Assembly (NCBI RefSeq): GCF_964204645.1 | Contig: NC_134033.1 | Span: 13,152,655-13,216,654, forward strand | Source: Tubulanus polymorphus | Lineage: Eukaryota; Animalia; Nemertea | Length of the DNA stretch: 64,000 nucleotides | Reading direction: 5' to 3' | Shown: piece after piece, positions 62,888-64,000 of the stretch | How the letters are laid out: each line of letters starts with the position of its first letter | Numbering within the stretch: position 1 is the stretch's first letter | Notes under the pieces: generated by a model | What the model saw: only the letters and a program-made list of their open reading frames with translations | Databases searched by the model: none | Told to the model about the DNA's origin: nothing | Made by a program: the position numbers and the translations under genes

Positions 62888-64000
62888 GTAACGCAACCCA
62901 TGGAATGTATGTATTCCTGGGGACTATTGCCGCTCGTAAAAAGAAAAACGTTTACGTATCGAGTGACTAATCTTAAGTTGAAATCGAGAATGGATATCAC
63001 CGAAAAACAATTCCAACTTACCGTGTTATCAGAGAACTGCGAGCGAGCTGGATTTTACATATATGACGGTGGAAGTTTCACAGCTCGACGCTACGGTCCG
63101 TATTGTCCAGGTTTAAAGTCATTTGCCCGTGATGTCGTCAGTCTGATTACATCAGATGGATCGGTAACTATAGTAGCGTACGCTTATAACTGGGATGGTC
63201 AGTTAGTAACCGAAAAGACATTTTCACGATGTATCATGTTTCGCGCTACTGACTGTGACGGGTATGTTTTAAAGGAGGGAGAACACCAGATCAATGTGAC
63301 GTCACACTGTGTCGTGATTACACCGGAAAACCGACGCCTTCCTTTGAGAAATATTTATGTATTATCAGAACACGAATATCAAATTGACCGATGCGTTCCA
63401 GAACATGTTCACGCAGTGTGCAGATCCTATATGGATATCGACAGTAGCCTTATTGAAGGTGGAAATCTAGTACTAAACAAAGTAAATCTGAAAATGCTTT
63501 ATCCATTTTTGACTTCTGCCCGAATAGTCAAACTGAGACGGAAGTGCTACGGATTAAGAAAGGCTGGATATGACTGGAACAATGAGGTGTGCGGGCTCGT
63601 ACAGTCACCGAACTACCCAGCACCTGCAGGAAACACTGCTCAGGCGATATTCTATGCAGTATATTATAGATATGATCAAAGTCGATTTCGTTATTACAAA
63701 TTCATAATTAAAAACATTGAAATGATTGAATGCGTTAAACGATCCCAATACGATAAAGATTCAGTATCGTTCATACAACAGATCCAGACAACTGAACTCA
63801 GACAAAAATTATGTGGACGTCACGCCGGGCATACACTTCACAGTTTGATCACTATCCAACATAAGTTTCAGGTGAAAGATAGAATTCCAACATTTCGAAT
63901 ACAATACATTCTAGAAGAAACGCTACCATTAACCGAATACGAGAAAGCATGCAAATCGGGATTTCTTGATTCGGGAATTTCCTGCATAAAATACATCAGA
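62888..64000 (+). CDS. Same CUB protein, second exon (runs off the window); CUB-like domains, then a probable C-type lectin start
   Basis: ttacag acceptor at 62887; 371 stop-free codons to the window end, phase 0 as required. Contains FYIYDGG...GPYCP, CGLVQSPNYPAP, KLCG, and terminal CKSGFLDSGISCIKY resembling the N-terminal CxxGxxxxxxxCY of long-form CTL domains. Confidence 0.8.

Noticed and set aside
62881-62893. CAG|GTAACG as a recursive splice site
   Set aside because: It is the ordinary acceptor of a 116-bp intron, followed by a long in-frame coding exon.

Overview
Eukaryotic, AT-rich, intron-rich invertebrate animal DNA; the species cannot be fixed from the sequence. There are three protein-coding genes, all on the + strand. 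(1) The last 8 coding exons of the 26S proteasome subunit PSMD1/Rpn2 (14274-25631). (2) A complete 10-exon AGFG1/HRB ArfGAP-FG/NPF gene (42691-49774, about 610 aa). (3) The 5' part of a large extracellular multi-CUB protein, probably followed by a C-type lectin domain (61545 to beyond 64000). The rest is intron and intergenic DNA rich in MITEs, LINE fragments, minisatellites, a ~240-bp satellite (33.3-37.0 kb) and a triple ~1.65-kb tandem duplication (54.4-60.6 kb). The most notable point: bases 1-14273 lie in one very large PSMD1 intron, at the same position and phase as the vertebrate intron that hosts the antisense nested serotonin receptor gene HTR2B. That intron also carries a candidate recursive splice site, CpG-rich enhancer-like patches and a foldback transposon whose arms are tRNA-like A/B-box units. 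No receptor coding exon was found inside the window, so the nested gene remains a hypothesis. Most ORF-track entries are spurious.
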